A stretch of DNA of 64,000 nucleotides, taken from Psammoneis japonica (lineage: Eukaryota). The stretch spans positions 310,001 to 374,000 of the forward strand of contig QPGO01000080.1 in assembly GCA_008632985.1 (NCBI GenBank). The letters run 5' to 3'. A program made the position numbers and the translations under genes. The notes under the pieces were generated by a model. It ran no database searches and was not told the origin of the DNA. It saw only the letters and a program-made list of their open reading frames with translations. Shown here piece by piece: positions 1 to 13,597 of the stretch (the first letter of the stretch is position 1; every line of letters begins with the position of its first letter).

Positions 1-239
1 CTTTCACCGGTGCTGGGTGCAGTGAATTCGCGCCAATACTGTGCAGCAGTCAACGCAGCTGGCATTGTACTCTAGAAAGGGTGGAATGCATCTCGCATTT
101 GGAAAATAGGCTAGCTTCCGAATAAAGGCATATCCTTCAAAAAGTTGCAGATTTGGCATTTATCACAACGGCATCGCCATGCTGGGAACTGAAACAGCAC
201 AGCGGTAACAGCACACAGCCGCCGGCAGTGAAGCTTTTG

Positions 240-1125
240 TCAATTTTTGGACCGGTCTTGCAATGAATCGAGAATCAGTTCCAGCTTTGTCGAGACGTCA
301 TTCCACGTGTGATTCGTACGTTTGCGCCTTTCTTCGCTTGCGCGGTCCAAATCCAAGTGGCAAAAGGTTCCATTCCTATCAACCATGACTTGAAAGTCAA
401 ACGCTAGATCAGCATGCTCCGCAATCATGTCTGCTGTTCGTTTAACTTCCTCTTGGAATTTTAGCTGAAACGACTTTGGATTCACAATCAGGGGACGAAA
501 AGTTTCCAACTGACTCACGGTAAGTTCCAAGTTGGCTCCTACGGTTCCCACCAACAGGTTTGGCTCGGGGATGCGTCTCGTCTTTTGCAGCATAACAACC
601 GGATTTTCTCCAAAAGGCAAACGAACGGGCAAGCCAACAGTTTCTCGTTGGGGTTGGCGGACACAGGAATTCAGCACGGCCAGCTGTTTTTCGGCAAGCT
701 CAACCTTTTGTAGGGGCATTCCATTCCCAACTTTGTAATGCCGCAATTCGAACTCAACTCTTCTTCAAAGTGAAACGCCTTTGTCATGTCTTCATGGGAT
801 CTTCCGCCTGACACCAAATGTCCCAGTGCAGGGTTTGTGGCAGAATTAAAGTGGCACTTGTGACAGCCACAGATGCTTGCGCCAGCGCTCCAATCCATGT
901 CTGACCAAGGGTGACCCTCGAGTTTCATTGCTTGTTGGGCGTTCTCAACGTTTTTTGAAAGCTTTGCATCCAGCAAGTCGGACTGTGATTTGACAGGAGT
1001 TTCCTCCTCTGCACCGTCAACTTCGAAATGACGAGTCTTGCTCTCGAACGTTTCTGGGGTTTGAGCGACAAAATTGATGCCAAAGTCGTCAGTTTTCTTC
1101 AAAAAGGCCATCATGCAGAGCCATG
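240..1125 (-). pseudogene. Diatom-type host protein with C-terminal DFQ-x4-D-x2-G-x3-HLDLDR (kinase-like) motif; frameshifted near 730-746, 5' half appears TpA-converted
   Basis: ORFs 240..746 and 671..1390 overlap in different frames. The C-terminus DFQVMVDRNGTFCHLDLDR retains TA. The N-terminal part reads HPWS..CGCHKCHF..GHLV, a pattern consistent with Y->C/H. The start position is approximate. Confidence 0.55.
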
Positions 1126-2976
1126 CGTTTGCAAGCGAGAAAACAGAAAGCCTGAAGACAACAGAAACACACGCAGAGGCCGGCTTTGGGTGTGTTTTTA
1201 CTGACAGGTCCATCTTTTGATTGGCGATGAGGGATGAGGGGACGGGAAAAAGAAGAAGTGTGCGACCACTAAATTCGGCAAAATTGAGACGCAGTTTGTG
1301 GTCGGCATTTGGCAAGTCATCAAAAAGTGTGGGACACCCGCACCAGAAATGTCCATTTATGTCCCTGTTCACATGTGCGTAGAAGGTCATCTTTTAAGGA
1401 GCAACAAGCAATTGCACTCTATGTGCGATAAATGAAACGAATCGTGCATGTGTCACAAATTGGAAAATGTGTCAATTCTAAACATTCAGTGTTGTTGATT
1501 GTGTAAAATGTGTGGAACAAAAATGAGAATTGTCGCTGTGTCAAGCATGAGCAATCGTGCTGCAACATGGCACAAGAAAGAGAAACAAACAATGGAAAGA
1601 AATTTGGGCATGGCATCAATGGAGACGAGAATGGACAAGGCTCTGGAAGTTCTTTGCAAACAAAATGAAAACTTTGTGCAGAAACGTCAAAAGAAGCTCG
1701 CACTGCCAGCGACCAGGTGGCACAATGAGGAAACGACAAATGGCTTTGCAAGCAGAGCTTGTTGGGAAAAGGAGCGCCAATTGGAAGATGTGATGTGAAT
1801 GACAAAAGTGCAAATTTGAGTGATGCTCAATGTGAAGATGAAGAAGCAACAGATGCCAGCACAGCACATGGTCTCGGAGCAATCTGCGGCGGCGAAGGAA
1901 GTGAAAAAAATTTTGAGTGTGCCGCAGTTGCCATGGGACTCAAAATGGAGTGCAGGCTGAAAAACCATTGTGTGCGAGGGATGTGGGATTGCATGAAGTG
2001 TTGTCAGCCATTGTCAAAACCCGCTGGAAGTCCAGCAATTTAAAAGCAAGAGATGCTCAAGGCGAGGCAATGGCGGCTGTTTGTCATTGATGCCAAGCAG
2101 CTGATTGCACCACCCAAAATGAAAAAGGATCATTTGTTGAGCCAGCGCTGTTGGCAGCATGTGTTTGGCATGGATGCAAACTTTGGTGCTTGTTGTTGCA
2201 AGAATGGAAAATTTGGCAGATCAGCAAAATCTCTTGCAAATTCACAGAGTTTCAAAGGGTTGCTTTGACAAGCCCCAAAATCTCATTTTGCACAAGCATC
2301 ATTGGAAAGGGATGCATGAATGGATGCAACAAATGGAGCACAATGTTTGCTTTTGGTGCAAGCAACAGATGAAAAATGAAAGCAGAGCACCAGTTGTCAA
2401 ACATCTGTGGGGATGTTCAGAATTTCTTGACGAGGTGCAAGATGTTCCTTTCAACATCACCTTTGTGGATGGTTCCTCAATTGTGTGGACAAATGCACTT
2501 GTTTTGTGAGTGGTTGAAAGAAACCTGGTTTCCTTGCTGGCATTTGCAGAAATTTCTTGGATTCTGATCATGACACCTTGTTGAATGATTGCTGGCATTG
2601 TTTCCCCCATCTCTGGCATGCAAAGATGGCAAAGGACCAGTTGTGTTGAATTGCTGGTGTCATGATCAAAAACCAACAGACACACACATGTTCACATGCC
2701 AACAAATCTGACAGGGCCATTCATGTGTTCTTCATCAGATCAATTTGCTCCTGCAGTTTTGTGCCCAAAGAGCATTCGCACAGTTTGGTTTCATCAACAC
2801 AGCAATTCCTTCCAATTGAGTTGAATGGCATGTCATTGCAGAGGGGTTGATTCTGCAATGATGTGCAATGAAGGTGACTGCAATGTGGGCACAACATCAT
2901 TTCAAAGAATTGTGATGCACCATGCATTGCAGGACGAGATGATGTGAAAAATCATGCACGTTGCTTGGACAAGAAG

Positions 2977-3310
2977 TGCACTGTGCTCAAAGAACAAGCA
3001 CAAATGAAAGCAGAATCAAGCACGAAAAGTGAAAATTGTAAGATTTGTTTCTGCTCAATCATTTTGGGTTTCTCTGAACAAGCTCTCAATGGCCCAAAGC
3101 ATCTGCACTGTTCCTGTGGACAAGAGGCCTTTCGGAGAATGAGATCGTGACAACAGATTGTCCGGATGCGATTGACATTGACACACAAGATGTCAACATC
3201 ATCGCATGATCACACTTGCCATCAACCCACGATTGACGTGCAATTAGAGCACAAATTTGTTTGACATCTCAATGTGTGCATGTGCAATGCACACAACAAT
3301 GCATGTTGCA
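2977..3310 (-). repeat. 3' LTR of the older Gypsy element
   Basis: Homologous to 5131-5509 and 9900-10280 (tgcactgtgct...gcatgttgca), with an internal deletion. Confidence 0.85.
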
Positions 3311-5130
3311 CTCGCCTCCCCAGTTGCACATTGGAGTCAGTCGCCAAATGGCATGATCCGACGGACATTGACAGCATCAACAACGTCACCACATTTGATC
3401 TGCACTGTGCCATTGGCATGCACCGTTGTTGTCACATGTGGTCCAACATGGGGCTGTTCTAGTTTCTGCGAGTCTTTCTCAAGCAGTGTCTTTTCTCTTC
3501 TGCACGTGCAAGGAGTGCATCGAGTGTTTTCTCGAGAGTTGTTTTTGTTTAAAATTTTTTGTTTTTGCTGCTGGATGAATTTCCAGACTGCGACATGTTG
3601 GATGTTGAACATCATGTCAGTGTCAAAGACCAATTGTTGTCCAGGTGCAGCTTGCACAGCAGCATGATGCGCAGAACGCACTGCAAATGCTGCTGCTGAC
3701 AACATTCCAGCATGTCTTTCGAGAGTGTCTTGTTTGTCTCACGCTCTGTGCACATGTGTGGCATTGCGTCAAGCATTCTCTCTGACGTTTTTTTGTTCAT
3801 GTGGACAGCACAAGGACCAAATGTCCTGCTGTTCTTTCATGGTGTTGATTGTACACAGCATTTTGCCCAGTGCTCAATGCATGCTCCCAATTGTGGCGCT
3901 CACTTGCTCACTTGTGGATTTCGTGCAGTTTGGCGGGCTTGCTTCATGCACCACATTGCTCTGCTGCACTGCCACGTTTCTCAAGCAGCGATTGACGATG
4001 GTCAAGTGTGTGACCATTTCATCTTGACAATCAATCCTGTGATGGCTGTGAGTTCCATCATGGATTTTTTGCACTTCAGCCATCCATCAGTTGGATTTTA
4101 ATCGTCATTTGGACGTTTCTTTTTGACATGCTGGTGTCATTTTGTCATTCTGAAGGCACTGCTTTTGTGCACTGAGTGGACAAATGTCCATTTTTCTTTT
4201 CTTTTTCTGAATCTTTGGCACATCTCGTGTGTCGACATGATGCATGTTTTAATGTCTTGCCTCGTGCATTGCACAATGCAACCGTGTGGTGTTTGAGATT
4301 GTCTTTTGCCAGTGTGAAGTGGATGCTGTGCAATCGTGCACCAATCTGTCACAGAGTTTTTTCCAACCATCCTCATGCAAGACGATTTTATCCTTGTGAC
4401 ATGAGCATTTTTCAATCTTGCTCGCCTCCACGAAAAGTGTTTGCATGATGTGTCATTTCCAACAATTTGGAGGGAAATGTCTTTGTCCCATTTTAATGGC
4501 AGGACAGTGTTGCAGGATTCAATTTTCCACAGCAAGTCGGCTGATCACGTCTGTCACGATGATGTTCGCCTTGCCCTCAATTTGTTTTATTTTGGGACTG
4601 AAGTTTTCCATTGTAAGTTGCCAATGCATGACTTTGTCCATTGTGTCTTGTGATCCATGTGCACATTAATCTGTTGGACAAACAGCGTGTTTTGGAATTT
4701 CACAAGTTTTTTCACCATGGACAGAAGTTCTTTTTTCCGCTGCAATGTGCAATGTTGAAATTCGTGCATGATGACAACACAGTTTTTGATTTGATGCACT
4801 CCACATTTTTGGAGACTTTTCATTCTGCACTTGTCCTTTTGCCGTTTGACCTTTGTTGAGGTGAATCTGGCTGGCATTGCACAGGAGATCATTGAGACCA
4901 CATGTCTTGACAGTGTCAACGTGTGATGATGAGATGTCGCAGTGTTCTTTGCGTTTTTCTCAGCGTTGCGATTGCTTGAATTGCCTCCATTTTCTTTGCA
5001 ATCGATTGCATGTTGTTGCGTGTGGAAGTCTTGACAGTTCATTTCAAGTTAAATGGCGGAGTTTCTGTTGTCAACCTTCAAAGCGACTGCTCCAGTTGCC
5101 CAATGCTGTTTCAAGCTTTTCTTGTGCAGG

Positions 5131-5509
5131 TGCACTGTGCTTGAAGAACGAGCACAAACGAAAGCAGAGTCAAGTGTGAAAAGTGAAAATCATGAGATTC
5201 ATTTCTGTCCAATCATTTTGGGTTTCTCTGAATGAGTTCTCAATGGCCTGAGGCACTTGCACTGTTCCCACAGACAAGAGGCCTTTTGGAGATTAAGATT
5301 GTGACAACAGATTGTCCGGATGCAATTGATGTTGACACATGAGATGTCAACATCATCGCACGATTGCATTTGCCATTTTTGACATCCGATCAATTTTGTG
5401 TGATTGATCTGTCCTTCGTACGAACCCACGATTGATGTGCGATTGAAGTGCAAATTCACTTAACATCTTTGCATGTGCATGTGCAATGTGCGCAACAATG
5501 CATGTTGCA
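5131..5509 (-). repeat. 3' LTR of the full-length Gypsy
   Basis: Direct repeat of 9900-10280, TG...CA termini, adjacent PPT. Confidence 0.92.
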
Positions 5510-5539
5510 CTCGCCTCCCCAATTGCACATTGGAGTCAG

Positions 5540-8500
5540 TCATCAAACAGCGCAATTTGACGAATGTTGACAGTGTCAAGGACGTCACCGCATTTGATCT
5601 GCACTGTGCCATCAGTGTGTGCCGTTGTCATCACATGTGGTCCAATGCAGGGCTGTTCCAGTTTCTGTGAGTCTTTCTCGAGCAGCATCTTTTCTCCTGC
5701 TCTGTGTGTGCAAGGAGCACATCAAGCATTCTCTCGAGCATTGTTTTTATTTGCAATTTTTTGTTTTTGCTGCTGGATGAATTTCCAGTCTGCAACATGT
5801 TGGACGTCAAATGTCACGTCTCTGTTAAAGACCAATTGTCCAGGTGTGGCTTGCATGGCAGTGTGATGCACAGAACGTGCTGCAAGTGCCACTGCTGACA
5901 ATGATCCAGCAAAAGGATCTTCAGCATCCAGAGGTGCATGTTGTAAATCAAGTGTGTGGATCATGTTTCCCAACACTTGATGTGCGCATTCAACAATTGT
6001 GTTTGCTTGTGGATTTCGTGCAGTTGCAGGCTTGACTTCAATGCCGTGATCATCTTGCACCATGTCCTTAAATTGGTGTCCAATGAACTCACTTCCACGA
6101 TCACAAGTGATCAACGATGGCCAAGGACATCTGCTCAACCATGTCCATTCTAATGATCCAGCTGCAGTTGTGGATTCCTCATTTGGAATTTCCACAACTT
6201 CACACCATCCAGTTGCTGGATCAATCATTGTCGAACACTTCAGGGCTGGGGGTTTCTTCTTTCCCTTGCGATGCATTTTGTATGGTCCAACAAGATCCAC
6301 ACACAGTCATTCCCATGGCACTGATTCTGCACACTTGGGAGGTAAATGTCCGCATTTCTTGTGTTTCTTTTTGAATTTTTGGCACGCCTCACATCTTGAC
6401 ACGCATTTTTGCATGTCTTCACACAAGACAGACCACCACAAGTGTTGTGAGATTGTTTCTTCTGTTCGATTTATGCCAGGGTGAAGAAGGTGCGCATGAT
6501 GCCAATCCATCACTGCCTTTTGCAACGTCTTTGGAACGACGATTTTGTCCTTGTGACATGTGAGCAACCGGTCTTGCTCGCCTCCATGAAAAGTCTTCGC
6601 GTGAATGGTCTTGTTGGACAATTTGGTGAGAATGTCTTTGTCTCATTTTTGTTCAGCATCAAGAACTTTGCAGTTTAATGGAAAGACATTGTCTTGCAGG
6701 ATTTTGGTGGGACCTTCTCAGCCAACTCTTCTGTGCTGAGGTTTTCCACAGGTTCTGTTTTTTTCATCGTAAGTTGGCCAATTGCATCTGCGACAATGTT
6801 CGCCTTGCCCTCAAGGCACATTGTTTTGAGACTGCATTCTTCTGTCATTAAATGCCAACACATGACTGTGTCCGTTGTGAAATTTTTGTGAGATTTTTGT
6901 GGTCTGTGTGTGTGTTTGTCTGTTGGCCAAACAGCATGTTTTGGAACTCTTTCAACATCTCCACTGAGGACAATGGCTCTTTTTCCATTGCAGTGTAACG
7001 CATCTGCACTCCATTCAGCTTGCAGCTGCAGAAGGCAATTGGTCGGTTGTTCTGTGTGACAACCGCCCCCAATTGAGAATTGCTCGCATCAGCATGTCTC
7101 TCAAAGGGTGTGTTGAAATTCGGACATGACAATGGCACATCTTTGGAGATGATGCGCTTCATGTTTTTGAAGGCTTTTTGTTCTGTTTTGGTCCATTGCC
7201 AATTTGCTTGGTCTGAAGCAAGTTTGGCCAAAGGAGCTAGAACATGAGATCATCGAGGCCACATGTCTCGAAAGCAGTTGATCACGCCGATGAAGCGCCG
7301 CAATTCCTTGCGAGTTGCAGGAGTTGCAATCGCGTGAATCACTTCTACCTTCTTTGGAATGGGGCTGATGCCATTGTGGGTGACATGAAAGTCCAGATGG
7401 TCCACTTCGGGTTCAGTGAAAAAAGACGTTTTGGCATTGACCTTCAACCCGGCTTGTTCAAGGTGCAAAAACACCGTCTCAAGCTTCTTGAGGTGGTCTT
7501 GGAAATCACCTTTTGTCAGGCACAGTGTGTCGTTGACACAAGTCCTGACAAACTCCAGACCTGCCATGAGCTCACTCACGTGCTCTTGGAAAACATCTGG
7601 AGCTCCACAGATTCCCACGGGGAGTCCACAGCAGTCACATTTGCCCCAAGGCATGACAATCATGCACAAACGACGTGCACGCAGCATCAATTCAACATGA
7701 CAGCATCCCACATTTAAATCAAGGGATGTTGCACACATGAAACCTTCAACTTTCTGCAGCACATCCTGAACATTGGGCAGAGGAAATGGCGCACGCATTG
7801 ACCTCTTGTTCAGCTCACAAAAGTCGGATAAAAACCAAACTCAACCATTTTTCTTTGGTTGAACAAAGGTTGGAGCTGCCCATTCAGAACAATTTGTTTT
7901 TCTTGACACTTTTAATTTACACAGTTTTTCAACCTCCTTTCAAGCAGTCACCTCCAAGGCTTGTGGTGCGGGAAATGGTTTGGCATGACACGGACTCGCA
8001 CCCGATTTCAACTTTAAATCCATCAAAAAGGTTTTCAAATCTTTCTGAGAGGAAGTTTGGCTGCTTCTGCTCTTCTGGGGTTAGATGAGTTGCTGCTGCT
8101 GTCACATTGTCAAGGTCAGCAGCATGACAATCTGAGTCAAGGATCCAATTGACCCTGTCATTGAGGCTGATCACAGCATGAGATTCCTCAATGTGATTGG
8201 CAATCAACTTAAAAACATCGACATTGAAGAGTGCATCAACATTCTTCATGGGCGCAGTTGCATCCTCCCATTTGATCTCTTCATTCAAGAAGTCTAACAC
8301 TGTCCCAAGACTTGACATTAAAAGTCGCATCCCATGATCATGTCATGATGACTCGAAGAAGAAGGGGCATTGTCAACATGTGCCGTTGTTTCAATCATCT
8401 TGTGTTCATCAAATTCGGGCAAGGAGAATTGGGCTTTGCACCGACCATCAGTCGTAAAGTGCCCTCCTTTGGTTTCCCAAATTTTGGTGGCGGGTGTTTT

Positions 8501-8681
8501 TGTTCTGAGTTGGTTTCCACGTGAATTTGCGCAAAATTGTGGTTGACGATGTTCCGCTGTCAAGGAGAATGCGCAGAGGCTTGTTTTTCGCTTTGCCCAA
8601 TGAGGCACTCACACAAGCGACAACTGCTGGACTAGCACGAATTGCTTTGGCCCTTTTTCTGGGCTTCCCAATGTCCAGCAA
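5540..8681 (-). pseudogene. Gypsy pol (PR-RT-RNaseH-IN), broken by frameshifts and stops
   Basis: The RT catalytic Y-x-D-D motif reads CVND. KCDCCGLPVG replaces the usual KY.Y..LPMG. IAFCS replaces IAFYS. Confidence 0.9.
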
Positions 8682-8708
8682 TGCACGAGACCCCTCTTGC
8701 GGTGCAAG

Positions 8709-9850
8709 TCATTCGTCAGAATCGCTGTGCATCATTTTTTCAAATTGACAGTTCTCCTCATCAAGGGTGTCAGAGTCGCAATCTTTGCTCTTGCGCTTTT
8801 TTCCCTTGTTTGAGGAACTCGCTTTGAGTGTTTTTTGAACTGCCTGGACTGCCGTGGCATTCAACTCTTCCTTGCAAGAGGCATTTTCGTCATCGCAATG
8901 TGACCACGTGTGATTGCCATTTGAACGGCGCTGTTTTGGATCACGCTCAATGTTTCCACAGCATTCTTCTGCCAGCTTCTTAATCAACCAGCATTTGTCC
9001 GTGTTGTGAGTGGATTTTTCGCATGAAATGCACCACTTCTCGGACTGAGAATTTTCGGCACTGTGTTGGTGACCATTTTTGGAACCACGTTTGGCGCCAT
9101 TCTTGGCTTTCGATCCAGCACTGCCACTGGGATCAGCCTTGACATGAATGCTGTCAAATGCATCCTCTGCAACCTCTGGGCACTCCAGAAACTCAACCAA
9201 CCCATTGTGGGTGTGTTTCAAAATTTCGAGACCTTGGACGGTCGACTGATGCTGCCACTTTTGAGGTGCAAGATTAAAGAGGATGTTCTTGAGCTCATCC
9301 TCCTCGATCTTCTGATCCTCTCCAAAGGAAGGATGGAATTTGAGGTCTTCGTTGACTTCCTGCACCCAAGCAGCAATTTTGCAAACTTTCTTGGACTCTG
9401 TCTTCTTGAGATCGCGACGCAAACAACGTTTCTGAATCTGGAGTGCATTCTTGGGAAACACATGTCGCGCAAGGTGCTGCAGGCATTTCTCAAAGCTTCC
9501 TTCTTCAGATTCGTCTTCAACATTCGTTGCTCCATTCTCAAAAGCATGCAGAGCATCTCCTTGCAACAGCACACGCATGAGACGAAACTCATCCGCTTGC
9601 TTCTTGATGTTCTGGCCCACTGGAAGTTGATCGCAGCTCTTGAGAAATTCGATGCACTTGGGAACGCCCTGCTTCTTGTGGTGCTCGACATTGACAGTGC
9701 AGGTGTGACCATCCTTCTTCTTGGGATAAAAACACTGCTCCATCTTGAGACACTGACTTGGTTTGAGCATCTTCAGCTCAGAATTTGATTCCAACGGCTG
9801 AGGAACGATTTTCTCTTGCCTTGACAAAGTCTTGGCATTGGCTGCATGAG
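8709..9850 (-). pseudogene. Gypsy gag
   Basis: ORF 8709..9926 directly inside the 5' LTR, with a CCHC-type knuckle WCISCEKSTHNTDKC; one Tyr in 405 aa. Confidence 0.8.
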
Positions 9851-9899
9851 GTGAAAGCTTCATCTGCGACTTGTCACCTTCTGTGGTGTGCATGCACAA

Positions 9900-10280
9900 T
9901 GCACTGTGCTCGAAGAACAAGCACAAATGAAAGTGGAGTCAAGCATGAAAAGTGAAAATTACAAGATTTGTTTCCATCCAATCATTTTGGGTTTCTCCGA
10001 ATGAGCTCTCAATGGCCCAAGGCATTTGTGCTGTTCCCACAGACAAGAGGCCTTTCAAAGAATGAGATCGTGACAACAGATTGTCTGGGTGCGATTGACA
10101 TTGACACGTGGGATGTCAACATCATCGTGCGATCATGTTTGCCATTTTTGACATCTGATCAATTCTGTGTGTGATTGATCTGTCCTTTGTGCGAACCCAC
10201 GATTGACGTGCAATTGAAGTGCAAATTCATTTGATGTCTTCATGTGTGCACATGTGATGTGCATGACAATGCATGTTGCA
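9900..10280 (-). repeat. 5' LTR of the full-length Gypsy
   Basis: Direct repeat of 5131-5509, followed by TSD CAGG. Confidence 0.92.
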
Positions 10281-12448
10281 CAGGTGATGTTTTGAAGTCA
10301 CTTTTTGTCAGGCACAAACGATCATGTGTGGTTGTTCTGACAACTTCAAACCTGTCATGAGTTCACTCATGTGTTGCACAAAAATGTCTGGGGCTCTGTG
10401 GATTCTTGTTGGAAGTCTGCAGCACTTGTTTTTTCCCCACGGCATGACTTTTGTGTTGGCAAGACATGTGCTTTTTTAATTTGATGTGACAGTGTCCCAC
10501 ATTCAAATCGAGTGAGGTCATGTGCATGAAACCTCCTGGTTTCTGAAGCACATCCTGAACATTTGGTGGAGGATGTGGTGTGCATGCTGGCCTCTTGTTC
10601 AGTTCACGAAAGTTGGACAGAAACCGAGCTTTGACCATTTTTCTATTTTTTTTAAGGTTGGAGCTGTCCATTCAGAACAGCTCATTTTTCTTTGGGACTT
10701 TTAGCTCACAGAGCCTTTCAATCTCCTTGCAAGTCACCTCCAAGGCTTGTGGAAACAGGGAACCTTTCGCGTGATGCAGTTTCAAGCCAGATTTCACTGC
10801 AAGGTTTTCCAGTCCACTCGCCTGGAGAACCATCAAAAAGAGATTTAAATTTTTCAAAGGGAAGATCAACTGCTTCAGCTCCTCTGGAGCCAGACAAGTT
10901 GCCGCAGCTGTCACATTGTTGAGGTTGGCAGCATGACAATGTGAGTCGAGGACCATTGGTTCCATCATTGACTCCATTCACGGTGTCACATTTTTCAATG
11001 TGATTGGCACTCAGCTGGAAACATCGGCTTCGAAGAGTGGATCAACATTCTTCATAGATGCAGTTGCTTCTCCCTCTTTAATTTCTTCAGTTGCACAGTC
11101 CAATGTGATTTCAATGCTGGACATTAAGTCGTGTCTCATGATCGTGTCACATGGACTTGAAGAAGATGTTGTGTCATCAACATGTGCTGTTTGAACATCA
11201 GCATGTCTTAAATTTGCACAGTCAGAACTGAATTTGGTGTTTGCCAGCAGTTGCAAAGAGCTCACCCTTGGTTTCCCAAGTTTTTGGTGGCGGATTCTTG
11301 TGTTCTCAACTTTCGCATGAATTTGCGCAAAGTTGTGGTTGCTTGTTTCTCTCCTTCCCCAAGGAAGCATTCACGCAAATGATGACTCCTGGACCAGTGT
11401 GAATCATTTCTGCCTTTTTTCCAGGCTTCCCAATGTCCAGTGGAGCATGCAATTCGTGAACAGAGCCAAGTTGTTCTTCAGATTCACTCTGGATCATCCG
11501 ATCAACTTGGCAATTTTCTTCACTGAGGGTGTCAGAATCCAAATCTTTGCCCTCATGCTCTTTTTCTTTGTTCAAGGAACTCGCTTTGAGTGTTTTTTGT
11601 ACCGCCTGATCAATCATGACGTTCAACTCTTTTTTGCGAGCGGCATTTTTGTTGTCGCGATGCGACCACATGCGATTGCCATTTGAACGGTGCATTTTTG
11701 GGTCTCTTTCAGAGTCACTGAACAAATGCTGACACACTGTCACGAACACAGGCAGTTTATGTGCTGTTGGTGATTGGTCCACTTTTGCTCATTTAGTGGC
11801 CCCGGCAGCACAACATCTCACAATTCTGGAACCTGTTGATGCTGTTCAACACTCTGTCTTGTCTCACACCCAATTCTCAGCCATCATGGTGGCATTTGTT
11901 CACTTTGTCAGAGCCAACACACTGTGATGTTCATTGCCTGGAATGGGCATCACAAACGGTGTGACGGCATCGTTGCGATCGATCGATTTTTGTGGCTGGC
12001 ACCATGTTGGTCCCATGGTTGCTCACGCAATCGCTGAGTCCTTTGCATGTGTCAATGTTCATGGACATGAACGACATGCTCTTGGAGACCAGAGCTGAGA
12101 TCCATCAGACATGACATCAGTGGACGGAATGTTTGATCACGTGGATGGAACATGTTGGCCAAGGCACACAAACATTCGTGACAAAGACAACACAATGATT
12201 TGTGCATTGAGGTCTGTTGTTTGATCACACACATTTCATCAATCAGAGTGTGTTGTCAAACTGTTTGGACACTGCACATGTGGATGCATGTCTGTTGCTG
12301 ATTGTCACTCAGGAGTGACGCCGCCTGCTCGTGGGTTCGCCAAGTGGAAACCGCCAAATCGGCACGAGAACCACACATTTTTCTCACTTTTCCCCACTCA
12401 CACAAGTGGATGCTCACGCGTTGAAACGCGAATGTCTGCTGATGCACC

Positions 12449-13597
12449 ATGGCCACTGCCACAGCCTTTGCCGCTTGTCTTGCACATTGTGGATGCAATG
12501 CGCAGACGCGTGCCTGCACAGCCCATCAAGGCTTTGCTGCTGTTGAGGACTTGGAACAGGTCCCTTTGACAGAAATTGCTGACATGACCAAGGGCATCAT
12601 GAAAAGCATGGATGCCACTGCCAACCCCCAAGTCCGCTTCCCACACCTGGTGAATCGCAAGCTCAAGGCACCAGGTGCATGGATTGACCACCGCAGGGCC
12701 CAAAACCAAGAGCTGGCCACTGCTCTCTTCACTGGCGACGTTGTTGGAACATGGATGGCACGTCTCATGGAACTGGAACAATTCAAGTCAGCAGACTCAG
12801 ATGACAAATCGGCTGCCAAGTCGGCCATGGAGCTCAAGAATCCATGTGGCTGGCCCACCTTCCAAGAGTCACTGGAGACCAAACTGTGCAATCATCGCAG
12901 TGCCGTCACAGGCGTGCCCCTCATCTGCCTGACAAGGGAGCATGAAGACGTCACCGCCGAAATGTTGGCTGCCACCTGCACCGTCATTGACGAGGACCTC
13001 ATTGCCACTGCTCGACTTGCAGGAGCTCAGCACATGCAGGACAGGCAACGCCTGTGTGATCTCTTGAAGAAGTCAGTGACAGGGGGGCCCGGATGGGCTT
13101 TTGTCAAACCTTCCAATCGCAATCGCAATGGTTGCACTGCTTTCTTTGCACTTGAGAGGCAGGCAGAAGGATCGGCTGCCGCCACCACCCGAAAAAAACG
13201 TGCTGCTCATGCACAGATTGCCACTGCAAAGCACACTGGATGGGGTCGATTCACTTTCAACCAGTGCGTTCAATGCCATCAAAAGGCTCACAACAACTTG
13301 TCTGAGCTTGATGAACCAGCAGCCGAGACCAAGAAGGTCTCTGACTTTCCAAAGGGCATCTCCGACCCCAGGTTGGAAACTGGTGAGAGTGCAGTGGACG
13401 GTGACCCGATGAAGCTCACAGATTTCGAAGCATGCCAGCAGCACATGAAGACTCTGGCAGAAAATGCAAAGAACCACAATGCTGACACTTGTGGAATCGC
13501 GTCCATCAAACGCCACAACAACCGGTGCAGAAACCCTGGCGGAAAGCGCCAACCTAAAAAGGACAAGCCCAGGATCCGGGCAGGCCATTGTCCTGTT
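12449..13597 (+). pseudogene. Ty1/Copia (CoDi-like) gag fragment, truncated by a Gypsy fragment
   Basis: ORF 12449..13693 with diatom Copia gag-like motifs (GVPLICLTR ~ GVPL.YL.R; FTFNQCVQCHQKAHN; ETKKVSDF.KGISDPRL; PRIRAGHCP); no Tyr in 414 aa. Confidence 0.7.

Larger units (their letters stand above)
5131..10280 (-). mobile_element. Full-length Ty3/Gypsy LTR retrotransposon, inactivated
   Basis: LTRs 5131-5509 and 9900-10280. 4-bp TSD CAGG at 5127-5130 and 10281-10284. PPT complement at 5510-5522. Domain order gag (8709..9926), PR (LLDSGTSSTTI, ~8448-8681), RT (7250..7798), RNase H (HADASNSQLGAV, 6848..7231), IN (H-H-C-C 6307..6621; core DLVGP..CDRGSEF 5722..6300). Confidence 0.95.
2977..11710 (-). 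mobile_element. Older, degraded Ty3/Gypsy LTR retrotransposon (5'-truncated), split in RT by a younger copy of the same family
   Basis: 3' LTR 2977-3310 followed by the PPT complement ctcgcctcccc. Integrase C-terminus in ORF 3337..3705 (APGQQLVFDTDM..VAVWKFIQQQKQK), RNase H remnants ~4590-4850, RT on both sides of 5131-10280, protease ~11000-11370, gag tail in 11306..11782. Confidence 0.85.

Noticed and set aside
9063..9788. Long antisense ORFs (also 30241..31068, 30575..31792, 31153..31962)
   Set aside because: They are shadow frames of gag/pol, lengthened by stop-codon depletion.
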